IMG/VR virus record: IMGVR_UViG_3300028025_001549
Span: 1-60,465 of that record
Direction: 5' to 3' (one strand)
Origin: a virus
Taxonomy: Duplodnaviria > Caudoviricetes
Length of the DNA stretch: 60,465 nucleotides
This document shows positions 18,596-27,664 of this stretch, piece after piece (position 1 is the first letter of the stretch; each line of letters begins with the position of its first letter). The translations under genes were made by a program, and so were the position numbers. Under the pieces are notes generated by a model. That model saw only the letters and a program-made list of their open reading frames with translations, made no database searches and had not been told where the DNA came from.

Positions 18596-19546
18596 ATGAT
18601 TGATTCACGTGATGACCAGTTTCTGTGGGTGGAGAAATATCGCCCACAGAAAATCGATGATTGTGTCCTTCCAGAATCATTGAAGGATACATTCAAGCAG
18701 TATATCGCCCAAGGCGAACTACCACACTTTCTTCTTTCGGGGACAGCTGGTGTAGGTAAAACTACCGTAGCAAAAGCACTATGTAATGAGATTGGTGCTG
18801 AATATATTATGATCAACGGCTCAGAGGAATCAGGTATTGATACCCTCCGAACTAAGATTAAAGGATTCGCTTCAACGGTATCCCTAACTGATTCACCAAA
18901 GATTGTTATTATTGATGAGGCAGATTATCTTCAAGCCAACTCTACTCAGCCAGCATTGCGTAGTTTCATTGAAGAGTTTTCTGCTAATTGTCGCTTTATC
19001 TTTACTTGTAATTTTAAGAATCGTATCTTAGAAGCGATTCATTCTCGTTGCGCTTGTATTGATTTTAAGATTGATAATAAAGATAAGCAAGTTCTTCTTG
19101 GTCTATTCTTCAAACGTGCCACGCAGATTCTCAAACAAGAGAATGTAGACTTCGACCAGAAAGTGGTTGCTGAGTTAATCACTAAACACTTTCCTGATTA
19201 CCGCAGGGTTCTAAACGAACTTCAGCGTTACAGTGTTTCAGGTAAGATTGATTCGGGTATCCTAGTCAACATGAGTCAGGAATCTTTCAAAGACTTGATC
19301 AAGTTGATGAAAGAAAAAGACTTTACCAATGTCCGTAAATGGGTAGGTAAAAATTCTGATTCAGATACAGTAGCATTGTTCCGTGAACTATATGATAATT
19401 CTGTAACCTATATGGCTCCAGAAAGTATTCCTCAACTTGTTTTAATTTTAGCAGACTATCAATACAAAGCAGCATTTGTAGCTGATCACGAACTAAATAT
19501 TATGGCAGCATTGACCGAGGTAATGGCCAATGTTAAATTCAAATGA
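18596..19546 (+). CDS. 44: clamp loader large subunit gp44
   Basis: LWVEKYRP, GTAGVGKTT, IIDEAD, HSRC, FPDYR. Confidence 0.97.
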   Translation: MIDSRDDQFLWVEKYRPQKIDDCVLPESLKDTFKQYIAQGELPHFLLSGTAGVGKTTVAKALCNEIGAEYIMINGSEESGIDTLRTKIKGFASTVSLTDSPKIVIIDEADYLQANSTQPALRSFIEEFSANCRFIFTCNFKNRILEAIHSRCACIDFKIDNKDKQVLLGLFFKRATQILKQENVDFDQKVVAELITKHFPDYRRVLNELQRYSVSGKIDSGILVNMSQESFKDLIKLMKEKDFTNVRKWVGKNSDSDTVALFRELYDNSVTYMAPESIPQLVLILADYQYKAAFVADHELNIMAALTEVMANVKFK

Positions 19547-19553
19547 GGATGCC

Positions 19554-19886
19554 ATGGAATTTATTGATTATGTAACATACGTAGTAGTTTGGGTAATGGG
19601 TGCGGTCTATGGTTGGTATGCAAGAGAGCGTCATGCGAAACGAACTATTGATAGATTCTTTTCTGAGGTTGCGGATGAAGTTGATGAACAAGTCAATGAC
19701 TCAGTAATCCCAATTAAGATTGATCGACATAGTGGTGTCTTTTATGTTTACAATAAAGATACTGAAGAGTTTATGGGTCAGGGTAATACTAAAAAAGATT
19801 TAGAATTTAATCTTGCAAAAAGATTTCCTGATAAAAAGTTTGCTGCAGATAAAGAAAGTCTGAAGGTTCTCAATGAGTCCTTTTGA
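19554..19886 (+). CDS. hypothetical protein with N-terminal TM helix
   Basis: GAGG RBS; VTYVVVWVMGAVYGWY. Confidence 0.6.
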   Translation: MEFIDYVTYVVVWVMGAVYGWYARERHAKRTIDRFFSEVADEVDEQVNDSVIPIKIDRHSGVFYVYNKDTEEFMGQGNTKKDLEFNLAKRFPDKKFAADKESLKVLNESF

Positions 19887-20256
19887 TTTTTTAAATGCTA
19901 TAAATTCAACCAAAGAAAATTTATTTGAAAAGGATCCGCAAGCAGGTAAGGATTATAAACCTTTCCTAATAAATAGAGGGTTATCGTATTTTCCCGATAC
20001 TATCTTTTATGCTAATCAGATGAATCAACATGCTGGTTTGGATAAAGATATGCAGTTTTTCTTTTTCCTAAATATTATTTCAAGGAAGAAGAGGTTTAGT
20101 AAGTGGTCTAAAAAAGACGCTGAAACTGAATCTCTTGAACTTGTTAAAGAGTATTATGGATATTCAAGTGAGAAAGCGACAGAAGCACTTAAAGTCCTGT
20201 CTGAAGAGAACTTGATTATGATAAAAGAAAAATTATATAAAGGTGGAAAATCATGA
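19873..20256 (+). CDS. 62: clamp loader small subunit gp62
   Basis: PFDFLNAIN, YKPFLINRGLS, KKRFSKW, VKEYYGYS. Confidence 0.93.
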   Translation: MSPFDFLNAINSTKENLFEKDPQAGKDYKPFLINRGLSYFPDTIFYANQMNQHAGLDKDMQFFFFLNIISRKKRFSKWSKKDAETESLELVKEYYGYSSEKATEALKVLSEENLIMIKEKLYKGGKS

Positions 20257-20672
20257 CTGTTGAAATGATTTATTACGACTGGACTCCAGAGTCTATGCTT
20301 GAAGTGAGTTTACCTGAGCCTGATAACTTTCTAAAGGTTCGCGAAACTTTGACACGCATTGGCATTGCTTCTAGGAAAGAAAATAAACTGTACCAATCTT
20401 GCCATATCTTGCATAAGCAGGGTAGGTATTTTATCGTTCACTTCAAAGAACTATTTGCTTTGGACGGTAAAGAATCGAATATCACTGCAGGTGATATTGA
20501 GCGTAGGAATGCGATAGCTGGTTTGCTTCAGGATTGGGATCTGTTAAAGATCCTAAATAATTCTCAAGCCGACCAGAAAGCATCTCTGTCGCAAATTAAA
20601 GTTGTTTCTTTCAAAGAGAAAGAACAATGGGAATTAGTACCGAAATATAACATAGGAAAAAAATCAAAATGA
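20253..20672 (+). CDS. regA: translational repressor RegA
   Basis: FLKVRETLTRIG, LYQSCHILHKQG, YFIVHFKELF. Confidence 0.97.
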   Translation: MTVEMIYYDWTPESMLEVSLPEPDNFLKVRETLTRIGIASRKENKLYQSCHILHKQGRYFIVHFKELFALDGKESNITAGDIERRNAIAGLLQDWDLLKILNNSQADQKASLSQIKVVSFKEKEQWELVPKYNIGKKSK

Positions 20673-20845
20673 TTAAACTTGAACTTGAAATTAATGAAGT
20701 AAACATGATTCTTGCAGTGTTGGGTAAGCATCCTTTCGAGGAAGTTGCCAGCCTAGTTGTTAAAATTAAACAACAAGGTGACCCACAAGCCGAAGCAATT
20801 GTTGCCGCACAAGCAACAGCTGCAGCTGAACTACCAGCTGCATAA
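20669..20845 (+). CDS. 58 aa hypothetical protein (not in ORF track)
   Basis: MIKLELEINEVNMILAVLGKHPFEEVASLV...; ATGA overlap with regA. Confidence 0.65.
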   Translation: MIKLELEINEVNMILAVLGKHPFEEVASLVVKIKQQGDPQAEAIVAAQATAAAELPAA

Positions 20846-21016
20846 AGTATCCACCTTAGGATCCGTCGTAGTCTACGGTTATAGGCGTCCGTGCAATTGA
20901 ACTGACATACGTAATTGTCGCTGGATAAAGTAACCAGCATTTTAATATGGCTCTCTTCATTTCGCCTTCGGGGATTTGCTTGAGAGTTTTTCTAACTCGC
21001 TTAATAGGAGAAAACA

Positions 21017-21241
21017 ATGTTGAATAACATTAACACAGCCATCGATTCCTTCCAAGGAATCAAAACTAAATTCGTTGAGACCTGCGTCAAAAACGAAGAA
21101 CTCAAAAAACCCCTCAATACTTTTATTGCTGCGCAATCTTCCTTTGCGAAGAATGTGGCAAAATCGTATAATGACTTCTTCACTGCCTTGGGTATGTCAG
21201 CATATACCTTCGATGCGAAGAAAGCATTCACTAAACAGTAA
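21017..21241 (+). CDS. small amphipathic helical protein (phasin-like?)
   Basis: Strong AGGAG RBS; amphipathic pattern; function is inference only. Confidence 0.55.
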   Translation: MLNNINTAIDSFQGIKTKFVETCVKNEELKKPLNTFIAAQSSFAKNVAKSYNDFFTALGMSAYTFDAKKAFTKQ

Positions 21242-21251
21242 GGGGACGACA

Positions 21252-21755
21252 ATGACACATCTAACATTATTTGGTCCAGGATTTAAGGACTTTGATAAAT
21301 TCTTTGTCGGCTTTGAAGATCACGCAAAACAGTTACAGTCTTTGCACGCTGATCTAACTAAAAACATTCCAAACTACCCACCATATAATATTCGTAAGAA
21401 TAGTGAGAACTCATACACAATCGAAATCGCAGTTGCTGGTTTTGGTGAGTCTGAGATTGATGTTGAGATTGATGGCGGTAAGTTGATTGTTAAGGGTAAT
21501 GTTGATGCAGCTACTGAAGCACTAGAAGACAACTTCTTGTTCAAAGGTATTGCTACACGTGCATTTACTCGTGCATTTGCTATTGATGATCATATTGAAG
21601 TCAAGAACGCAGAACTATTCAATGGTATGCTTAAGATCGCTTTGGAGCGTTTGATTCCAGAAGAACAAAAGCCAAAGAAAGTTAAAGTAAAGACTGCAGG
21701 TAAAAAAGAATTCTTACGCGAGGACTCTTATGACAAAGCTGCTGAAACACTTTAA
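21252..21755 (+). CDS. small heat-shock protein Hsp20 (IbpA-like)
   Basis: NYPPYNI, IEIAVAGF, KGIATRAFTRAF, NGMLKIAL; start ATG 21252. Confidence 0.95.
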   Translation: MTHLTLFGPGFKDFDKFFVGFEDHAKQLQSLHADLTKNIPNYPPYNIRKNSENSYTIEIAVAGFGESEIDVEIDGGKLIVKGNVDAATEALEDNFLFKGIATRAFTRAFAIDDHIEVKNAELFNGMLKIALERLIPEEQKPKKVKVKTAGKKEFLREDSYDKAAETL

Positions 21756-21825
21756 GAATATCATTATTGGTATTGCTGACGGAATCCAAACATTCAGAAC
21801 TTACAAAGCAGGTAAAGTCAAATGA
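21730..21825 (+). CDS. 31 aa peptide (not in ORF track)
   Basis: GAGGA RBS; MTKLLKHFKNIIIGIADGIQTFRTYKAGKVK*, ATGA-coupled to rubrerythrin. Confidence 0.4.
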   Translation: MTKLLKHFKNIIIGIADGIQTFRTYKAGKVK

Positions 21826-22277
21826 GCAATTCTGTAACATTAAAAAATCTTGAGAGTGCATTGGCTGGCGAGTCAATGGCTCATATCAAGTATCGCTACT
21901 TTGCCAAGATTGCTCGTGAAGAAGGTTTCGAAGATGTTGCAAAACACTTTGAGCATACTGCTGATCAAGAAATCAAACACGCATGGGGACATCTTGAGTT
22001 GCTAATCGGCAAGCCATCCACTAAGGAATGTTTGCAGAAAGCAATTGATGGAGAGACTTATGAGTTTACAGAAATGTATCCACAGTTTGAAGCAATTGCT
22101 ATAAAAGAAAAAGATCTGCAAGCTGAGAAAGAAATGCGTGGTCAGATTCAAGAATCATTTGAACACGCAGAAGCATTTAAGGCTGTGTTGGCTAAAGCTG
22201 AAAAGCGTTTTGCTGCTTTGAAGAAAGTAGAAGAGCGCCATGCTAATGCTTACAAACAGGTCATGGGGAGTTTATAA
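21822..22277 (+). CDS. rubrerythrin (ferritin-like di-iron)
   Basis: NLESALAGESMA..KYRYFA, EIKHA, GETYE..MYP.F, EERHA. Confidence 0.92.
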   Translation: MSNSVTLKNLESALAGESMAHIKYRYFAKIAREEGFEDVAKHFEHTADQEIKHAWGHLELLIGKPSTKECLQKAIDGETYEFTEMYPQFEAIAIKEKDLQAEKEMRGQIQESFEHAEAFKAVLAKAEKRFAALKKVEERHANAYKQVMGSL

Positions 22278-22405
22278 TGGATTACGTATGTATAGTTTGC
22301 GGACACGTACATGATGAGGAAACAGAAGGTAAGTGGGAAGATCTTCCTGCTGACTTTGAATGCCCAGAATGTGGTGTTGGCAAAGATGATTATGTAGAAA
22401 TGTAA
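22277..22405 (+). CDS. rubredoxin (42 aa, not in ORF track)
   Basis: MDYVCIVCGHVHDE...WEDLPADFECPECGVGKDDY with two CxxC motifs. Confidence 0.92.
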   Translation: MDYVCIVCGHVHDEETEGKWEDLPADFECPECGVGKDDYVEM

Positions 22406-22419
22406 TTAGTCGTGACAAG

Positions 22420-22447
22420 TAGGGGGACTTTCGGGTTCCCCTAAATA
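22420..22447 (+). terminator. UUCG hairpin overlapping a CCTAAATA late promoter
   Basis: TAGGGGGACT-TTCG-GGTTCCCCTA then AATA; near copy of the 3635 hairpin. Confidence 0.65.
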
Positions 22448-22453
22448 CTTGTT

Positions 22454-22657
22454 ATGATGAAAGCAAAACTATCACCAAACCTAATATCCTTCTTTCTGGT
22501 TCGCAGAGGGAATTGGATGCTCAAAGTATCGGTGTATAAGAATAAACAGATTCTAGTTTTTATGCAACACGTATATGACATGGATAAAATTATTATGCAA
22601 TATTTCCATGATCAAAACCAAGCAGCAGATTTTATTGAATATATGATAGAGGAATAA
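22454..22657 (+). CDS. hypothetical protein
   Basis: 67 aa ORF directly after late promoter. Confidence 0.55.
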   Translation: MMKAKLSPNLISFFLVRRGNWMLKVSVYKNKQILVFMQHVYDMDKIIMQYFHDQNQAADFIEYMIEE

Positions 22658-22658
22658 C

Positions 22659-22961
22659 ATGATTAAAGTTTTTAAACTATTGAATGGTGAAGAGATTATC
22701 GCCAAGACTGAAGTAAATGGACTTGGATATACATTATCTGATCCCGCTGCAATTGTAATTCAGCAAACAGAAAAGGGTGTTGGCGTTGGACTTGCTCCAT
22801 ATATGCCATATGCCGAAAGCGATATTACTTTATACGCTTCTTCTATTACAACTGAAGGTACTCCCTCAAAGAATATGGCGAACGAATATAACCGAATCTT
22901 CGGATCGGGTATCGAGGTTGTTCCTGCCAGTGCTTTAAGCGGACTTCAAATCGTCTCCTAG
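22659..22961 (+). CDS. conserved T4-like hypothetical protein (Sm-like)
   Basis: IKVFKLLNGEEIIAK, LAPYMPY, YNRIFGSGI. Confidence 0.7.
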   Translation: MIKVFKLLNGEEIIAKTEVNGLGYTLSDPAAIVIQQTEKGVGVGLAPYMPYAESDITLYASSITTEGTPSKNMANEYNRIFGSGIEVVPASALSGLQIVS

Positions 22962-23082
22962 GACGTGCCAGGACGACCGTAGGGACGTTTTTCGGCTTCA
23001 AACAGGGGTTTACCCACCCCTACCTCCCCAACGGCTCTACAGCCCTCTCTCGGGGTCTAAATACTAATAAAAAAGTATTAAA

Positions 23083-23170
23083 AATCAATGACTTAGGATA
23101 ACCCTACAAACTGTAGGGTTTTTCAACATTTCGCTTTACTTTAATGCAATCTTGGAGTATAATAGTTGTA
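23083..23170 (+). promoter_or_regulatory. early promoter module 3
   Basis: IHF-like AATCAATGACTTA 23083-23095; AACCCTACA-AAC-TGTAGGGTT 23100-23120; TTTACT 23135-23140, N17, TATAAT 23158-23163. Confidence 0.8.
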
Positions 23171-23189
23171 TAAATGATGAAAAAAGGAA

Positions 23190-23390
23190 ATGATTATGTA
23201 TAAGTCTAAGTCTGAGTTGCGTATTGAAACCGAACAAGCCATCAAGAAATTCTTGAAGCAAGGTGGTTCTATTGAGGTTGTAAAATCCCGCAAAGGACCA
23301 AAGATGGTTATGCGTTCCAAAGTTACCAAACAAGCATCCACTGGTACTTCTGGTTTCGCTGTTGGTTTTCCACGTAAGTCGTTCGTTTAA
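23190..23390 (+). CDS. small basic early protein
   Basis: AIKKFLKQGGSIEVV; follows early promoter. Confidence 0.65.
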   Translation: MIMYKSKSELRIETEQAIKKFLKQGGSIEVVKSRKGPKMVMRSKVTKQASTGTSGFAVGFPRKSFV

Positions 23391-23406
23391 TTTTAGGAGA
23401 TCATAA

Positions 23407-23781
23407 ATGTCTGAATTCAAATCTTGGGAAGAGATGTCTGTGTTGGAACAAATGCAGTGCCAATACTGGGATATGTATAAAGATGCGTATGGTAGTCGCC
23501 CTCGTGGTATCGACACCACTGAGTGGACCGAGGAACAATTCATGGCAGAATTTGAAACCCTTGGTAAAGTTATTGAGCGTGAAGAGATCGCTCGCAAGGA
23601 ATCTGAAGCCCAAGCATCAATCCGCTTTGAGGCGCAGATCCAGTCTATGATATCTTCTGGCGCAAAGAATCGTGAAGCAGCACTCGCTTGGATTCACGAA
23701 GCCGAAGGTAGCAATGGTGATGACGAATATCTTTGCTTCTTGCTCGGTCTTCCTTATGGTTACTTCAGGAAAGCAGCATGA
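23407..23781 (+). CDS. hypothetical early protein
   Basis: AGGAG RBS; YWDMYKDAYGSRPRG. Confidence 0.75.
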   Translation: MSEFKSWEEMSVLEQMQCQYWDMYKDAYGSRPRGIDTTEWTEEQFMAEFETLGKVIEREEIARKESEAQASIRFEAQIQSMISSGAKNREAALAWIHEAEGSNGDDEYLCFLLGLPYGYFRKAA

Positions 23782-23966
23782 GAGTTTTCCAAGAGACCAC
23801 CAACTGGAAGGAACATAATGTTCCAAACCATATCTACTATACCAGTGATAGCAAAAGCAAAATCTATGCATTCTATAACACGGTAACAGGTCAGGTTAAG
23901 AAATTCAAAAACCCAATTCGCTGGGACATGCGGTATAGAACTTTTAAGGAATTGAAACACAAATGA
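23778..23966 (+). CDS. hypothetical protein
   Basis: ATGA-coupled on both sides; MRVFQETTNW... Confidence 0.6.
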   Translation: MRVFQETTNWKEHNVPNHIYYTSDSKSKIYAFYNTVTGQVKKFKNPIRWDMRYRTFKELKHK

Positions 23967-25264
23967 ATATTAATGCACTCTTTAATGACCTCGCTGCCAA
24001 CCCATCACGCAATTATAAGTTAGAGAAACTGCGTGAACACCAAGGGCATGAAACCCTCCGTGAAGTAATTCGTTTGGCTCTTTGCCCATTTACTCAGTTC
24101 TATCAGCGCAAGATTCCTACATATAAATGCGATGGTACTAATGCGAACATTGAATCAATCTTGCCAGCGTTGTATGACTTATCTTCTAGACAAGTTACAG
24201 GTAATGCAGCGATTGAATATCTGCGAATGTTATTGTCTTCACTTAATGAAGATGACGCAAAGGTTCTTGAGCGTATCATTGATAAGAGTTTAGATTGTGG
24301 GGTTCAAGTATCAACTGCCAACGATGTATGGCCAGGATTGATTACCGAATATCCATGTATGTTGTGTAGCCCATTCGAACAAAAGCTGGTTGATAAAATT
24401 AATTTCCCTGCTTATGCTCAGATGAAGATGGACGGTATGCGTTTCAATGCGATCGTTCGTGATGGTAAATGTGAATTTAGGAGCAGAAATGGAAAAGAAA
24501 TCCTCTTATTGGGTAACCTCGAGCAAGAATTTATTGCTCTTGCTGGGTCTATCGATTGCGTGTTTGATGGAGAACTTCTGGTTATGCTTGACGGTGATTA
24601 TCAGTTTGCTGATCGCCAGACTGGCAATGGAATCTTAAACAAAGCAAACAAAGGGACTATCTCAGCCAAAGAAGCAGCAATGGTTCACGCTACTGTTTGG
24701 GATTTGATTCCTTATGTTCAATTCGTTGACGGATATTGTGGAACTCCATACTCAAAACGATACTCAACTCTTGAAGCAATTGTTTCAAAACAAAAGCCAG
24801 AGGGTAAAAGGATTTGGAATGTTACTTCAACTATCGTTCAAACGCTAGAAGAAGCCCAAGAGATTTTCCAAGGATATCTTGCAGAAGGTTACGAAGGTAT
24901 CATTCTTAAAGATGGTAATGGTGTTTGGGAAGATAAGCGTGCAAAACATCAGATTAAATTCAAAGGTGAACTTGAGTGTGACCTGAAGATCGTTGCAATT
25001 GAAGAAGGTACTGGTAAATATGCAGGTATGCTTGGTGCAATTGTTTGTGAATCTTCTGATGGTAAGATTAAGGTAAACGTGGGTTCTGGTTTCAATGATG
25101 CGCATCGCAAGAATCTAGGGAAAGAAATACTTGACAAAATTGTGGCAATCAAGTATAATAGTCGTATAAAGAATAAGTTGGGAGACGAAAGTTTATTCCT
25201 TCCAATCTTTGTTGAAATTCGTGATGATAAAGATATCGCAGATAGTTCAAAGGATATAAAATGA
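23963..25264 (+). CDS. 30: ATP-dependent DNA ligase gp30
   Basis: KMDGMR, FDGELL, EGIILK, WEDKR, VGSGF, SLFLPIF. Confidence 0.95.
   Translation: MNINALFNDLAANPSRNYKLEKLREHQGHETLREVIRLALCPFTQFYQRKIPTYKCDGTNANIESILPALYDLSSRQVTGNAAIEYLRMLLSSLNEDDAKVLERIIDKSLDCGVQVSTANDVWPGLITEYPCMLCSPFEQKLVDKINFPAYAQMKMDGMRFNAIVRDGKCEFRSRNGKEILLLGNLEQEFIALAGSIDCVFDGELLVMLDGDYQFADRQTGNGILNKANKGTISAKEAAMVHATVWDLIPYVQFVDGYCGTPYSKRYSTLEAIVSKQKPEGKRIWNVTSTIVQTLEEAQEIFQGYLAEGYEGIILKDGNGVWEDKRAKHQIKFKGELECDLKIVAIEEGTGKYAGMLGAIVCESSDGKIKVNVGSGFNDAHRKNLGKEILDKIVAIKYNSRIKNKLGDESLFLPIFVEIRDDKDIADSSKDIK
25131..25159 (+). promoter_or_regulatory. consensus sigma70 promoter inside the ligase 3' end
   Basis: TTGACA-N17-TATAAT. 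Confidence 0.7.
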
Positions 25265-25626
25265 AAGTAGCAATCAATCGTTGTTTTGGTGGGTTCGGTA
25301 TTTCGAATGAAGCATTCGAGAAATTACTGGACCGTAAAGGTATTGCATTTGATAAAGTCGAAGCTGAGGAAGGTCGTGCTTTTGTGGGTGCGACTTATTA
25401 TGAGGCAGGTTACTCTGGTAATGATGACTACTACCTAAGTGATTACAGTATGACTGAGGATCGCGCAGATCTAGATTTGATCGCAGTTATTGAAGAACTG
25501 GGTGATAAAGCAAACTCTTTTGCAGCAGATATTCGTATTGTTGAGATTCCTGACGATGTCAAATGGCACATTCATGAGTACGATGGACTTGAACATGTAG
25601 CAGAAGATCATAGGACTTGGGATTGA
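25261..25626 (+). CDS. conserved phage hypothetical protein
   Basis: KVAINRCFGGFGIS, LIAVIEELG, IVEIPDDVKWHIHEYDGLE. Confidence 0.75.
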   Translation: MKVAINRCFGGFGISNEAFEKLLDRKGIAFDKVEAEEGRAFVGATYYEAGYSGNDDYYLSDYSMTEDRADLDLIAVIEELGDKANSFAADIRIVEIPDDVKWHIHEYDGLEHVAEDHRTWD

Positions 25627-27134
25627 TGGCTGACATAATTATACTAAGTGGTTCAAAGGTAAATGAAGATACTATGCCTCAGATCCAACGATCTCTTGGT
25701 CCGTATCGCATTGCTTCTGAGTTAAAGAAACATGGATATAGCGCAGTTGTTATTGACTATTGTCAATACATGACAGCAGAAGAAATTAATAATGCTTTAT
25801 CTAAACATTTAACTAAAAATACCTTATGGGTAGGATATTCATCAACATTTTTCTTCTTAACTAAACCAGATGGTGTTTTTTCAAAAATTGAAAAGATGTA
25901 TCAAACCAATTCATATGAAAAAATGCAAAGCATTTATGCTTATGTTAAAGAGAACAGTTCAGCTAAACTTGTTTTTGGTGGAGCGTATGCATTAATCTCT
26001 CATGCTGATCATAAAATTGATTACTACCTAGCAGGATATGCTGATGTTACTTGTGTAGATTTAACAAATTTTTTGGCTGGAAAAACTAAACAAATCCAAT
26101 ACCCAATACCAATTGAAACTGATGATGGCGGCAAATCTATTTTAATAGATGCGTCGAAATACCCAGAGCCTCAAATGGATACACTTCAAACATTCTATCA
26201 TGATAAAGATTTTTGTTTACTTCCAGGTGAAGGTATTCCTTTAGAATTTGCAAGAGGATGTATTTTTAAATGTAAGTTTTGTTCATACCCATTGCTAGGT
26301 AAAAAGAAAGGCACTTATATTAGGGATATGGAAGAAGTTCGTGATGAACTTCTTAGACTTTGGGAAACCAATGGCACAGATTCTTTTTATATTACTGATG
26401 ACACGTTTAATGATGATAATGATAAAATGGAAGAGTTTCACAAACTGTTTACTTCATTACCATTCAAACCGAAGTTTGCTTGTTTCTTAAGATTAGATTT
26501 AATTGATAGGTTCCCTCATCAAGCAGATCTTCTTCTTGAAGCTGGATTGGTTGGCAACTTTTTTGGTATTGAATCATTTAATCATAAAAGTGCAAAAGCA
26601 ATTGGTAAAGGATTGCATCCAGATAGAATTAAAGAAAGATTGAAATGGGTTCGTGAAAAGTGGAAGGGTAAAGTTAATACTGGTGTTGGCTTAATTATTG
26701 GATTGCCATATGATGATGACAAATATTTCCAAGAACTTTGGGATTATATTCATAGTGGTGATTACCCAGTTCAACATACATCATTTAATGCTTTACACAT
26801 AACAGATAAAACAAAAGGGGTTAATCTTTATGGATCTGAGTTTGCTATGAATCCTGAAATTTATGGTTATGCTTTTGATGATAACGGACATTGGTATCAT
26901 AAGGAACAAGGCTTGGATTTTAATATGTGCAGGAATATTGCTTATAATTTTGGCAATAGCATGTCAGACAAAACATTAGTTCCAGACTTTCAAGTAATAA
27001 CATATTTAAATCTTGGTATACCTATGCAAGATATTGTTACTTTGACTGAGAATCAGATACGGTCAAAATACAATATTGCTGAGATGAATAATGATAAATT
27101 GACCATGTATAAACAAATGATTGGAGCAATATAA
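25626..27134 (+). CDS. B12-binding-like radical SAM enzyme
   Basis: LGPYRIASEL and VFGGAY N-domain; EFARGCIFKCKFC (CxxxCxxC); DDTFND, FGIES, GLIIGLP. Confidence 0.88.
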   Translation: MADIIILSGSKVNEDTMPQIQRSLGPYRIASELKKHGYSAVVIDYCQYMTAEEINNALSKHLTKNTLWVGYSSTFFFLTKPDGVFSKIEKMYQTNSYEKMQSIYAYVKENSSAKLVFGGAYALISHADHKIDYYLAGYADVTCVDLTNFLAGKTKQIQYPIPIETDDGGKSILIDASKYPEPQMDTLQTFYHDKDFCLLPGEGIPLEFARGCIFKCKFCSYPLLGKKKGTYIRDMEEVRDELLRLWETNGTDSFYITDDTFNDDNDKMEEFHKLFTSLPFKPKFACFLRLDLIDRFPHQADLLLEAGLVGNFFGIESFNHKSAKAIGKGLHPDRIKERLKWVREKWKGKVNTGVGLIIGLPYDDDKYFQELWDYIHSGDYPVQHTSFNALHITDKTKGVNLYGSEFAMNPEIYGYAFDDNGHWYHKEQGLDFNMCRNIAYNFGNSMSDKTLVPDFQVITYLNLGIPMQDIVTLTENQIRSKYNIAEMNNDKLTMYKQMIGAI

Positions 27135-27664
27135 TGAGACGTGAACTTGATGAAGCACTCTGCGCAAAGTATCCGCTGATCTTCAAAGATCGTAATGCAG
27201 ATATGCGCACCACTGCCATGTGTTGGGGACTTGAGTGTGGTGATGGGTGGTATAACATCATCGATGTTCTGTGTGGTCTATTGACTTCTGACTATCGTCA
27301 AGCGCAAAGTCGTTACGAATCTATCAAAGATTTAGTTGATCAACCACGCTGGGAAGGTAGTAAAGATATTGTCACCCAAGAAAAAATTGATGAAGCCAAA
27401 GCCAAACTAGATGAAGAAACTCTAAAGGTTCCAGTTGCGGTTCAGGTTAAAGAGAAGTTCGGTGGACTTCGATTCTATGTTCAGGCTGCAACTGATAAAC
27501 ACTATCAGTATATCTCTTTTGCTGAGAGTATGAGTTATCGTACTTGTGAGGAGTGTGGTGCTCCAGGTAAAACATATACCGATGGATGGCACACAACTCT
27601 TTGTGATATCCATGCAGCAATGGCTGGTAAGGAAGAAGAATATCAGTATGAGGAGAATGAATAA
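27134..27664 (+). CDS. conserved phage hypothetical protein
   Basis: ECGDGWYNII, QVKEKFGGLRFY, CEECG..LC. Confidence 0.75.
   Translation: MRRELDEALCAKYPLIFKDRNADMRTTAMCWGLECGDGWYNIIDVLCGLLTSDYRQAQSRYESIKDLVDQPRWEGSKDIVTQEKIDEAKAKLDEETLKVPVAVQVKEKFGGLRFYVQAATDKHYQYISFAESMSYRTCEECGAPGKTYTDGWHTTLCDIHAAMAGKEEEYQYEENE

Noticed and set aside
21075-21251. Long N-terminal extension of Hsp20, or a frameshift fusion with 21017-21241
   Set aside because: ATG 21252 has its own RBS and gives a normal-size Hsp20; the extension is just an open overlapping frame
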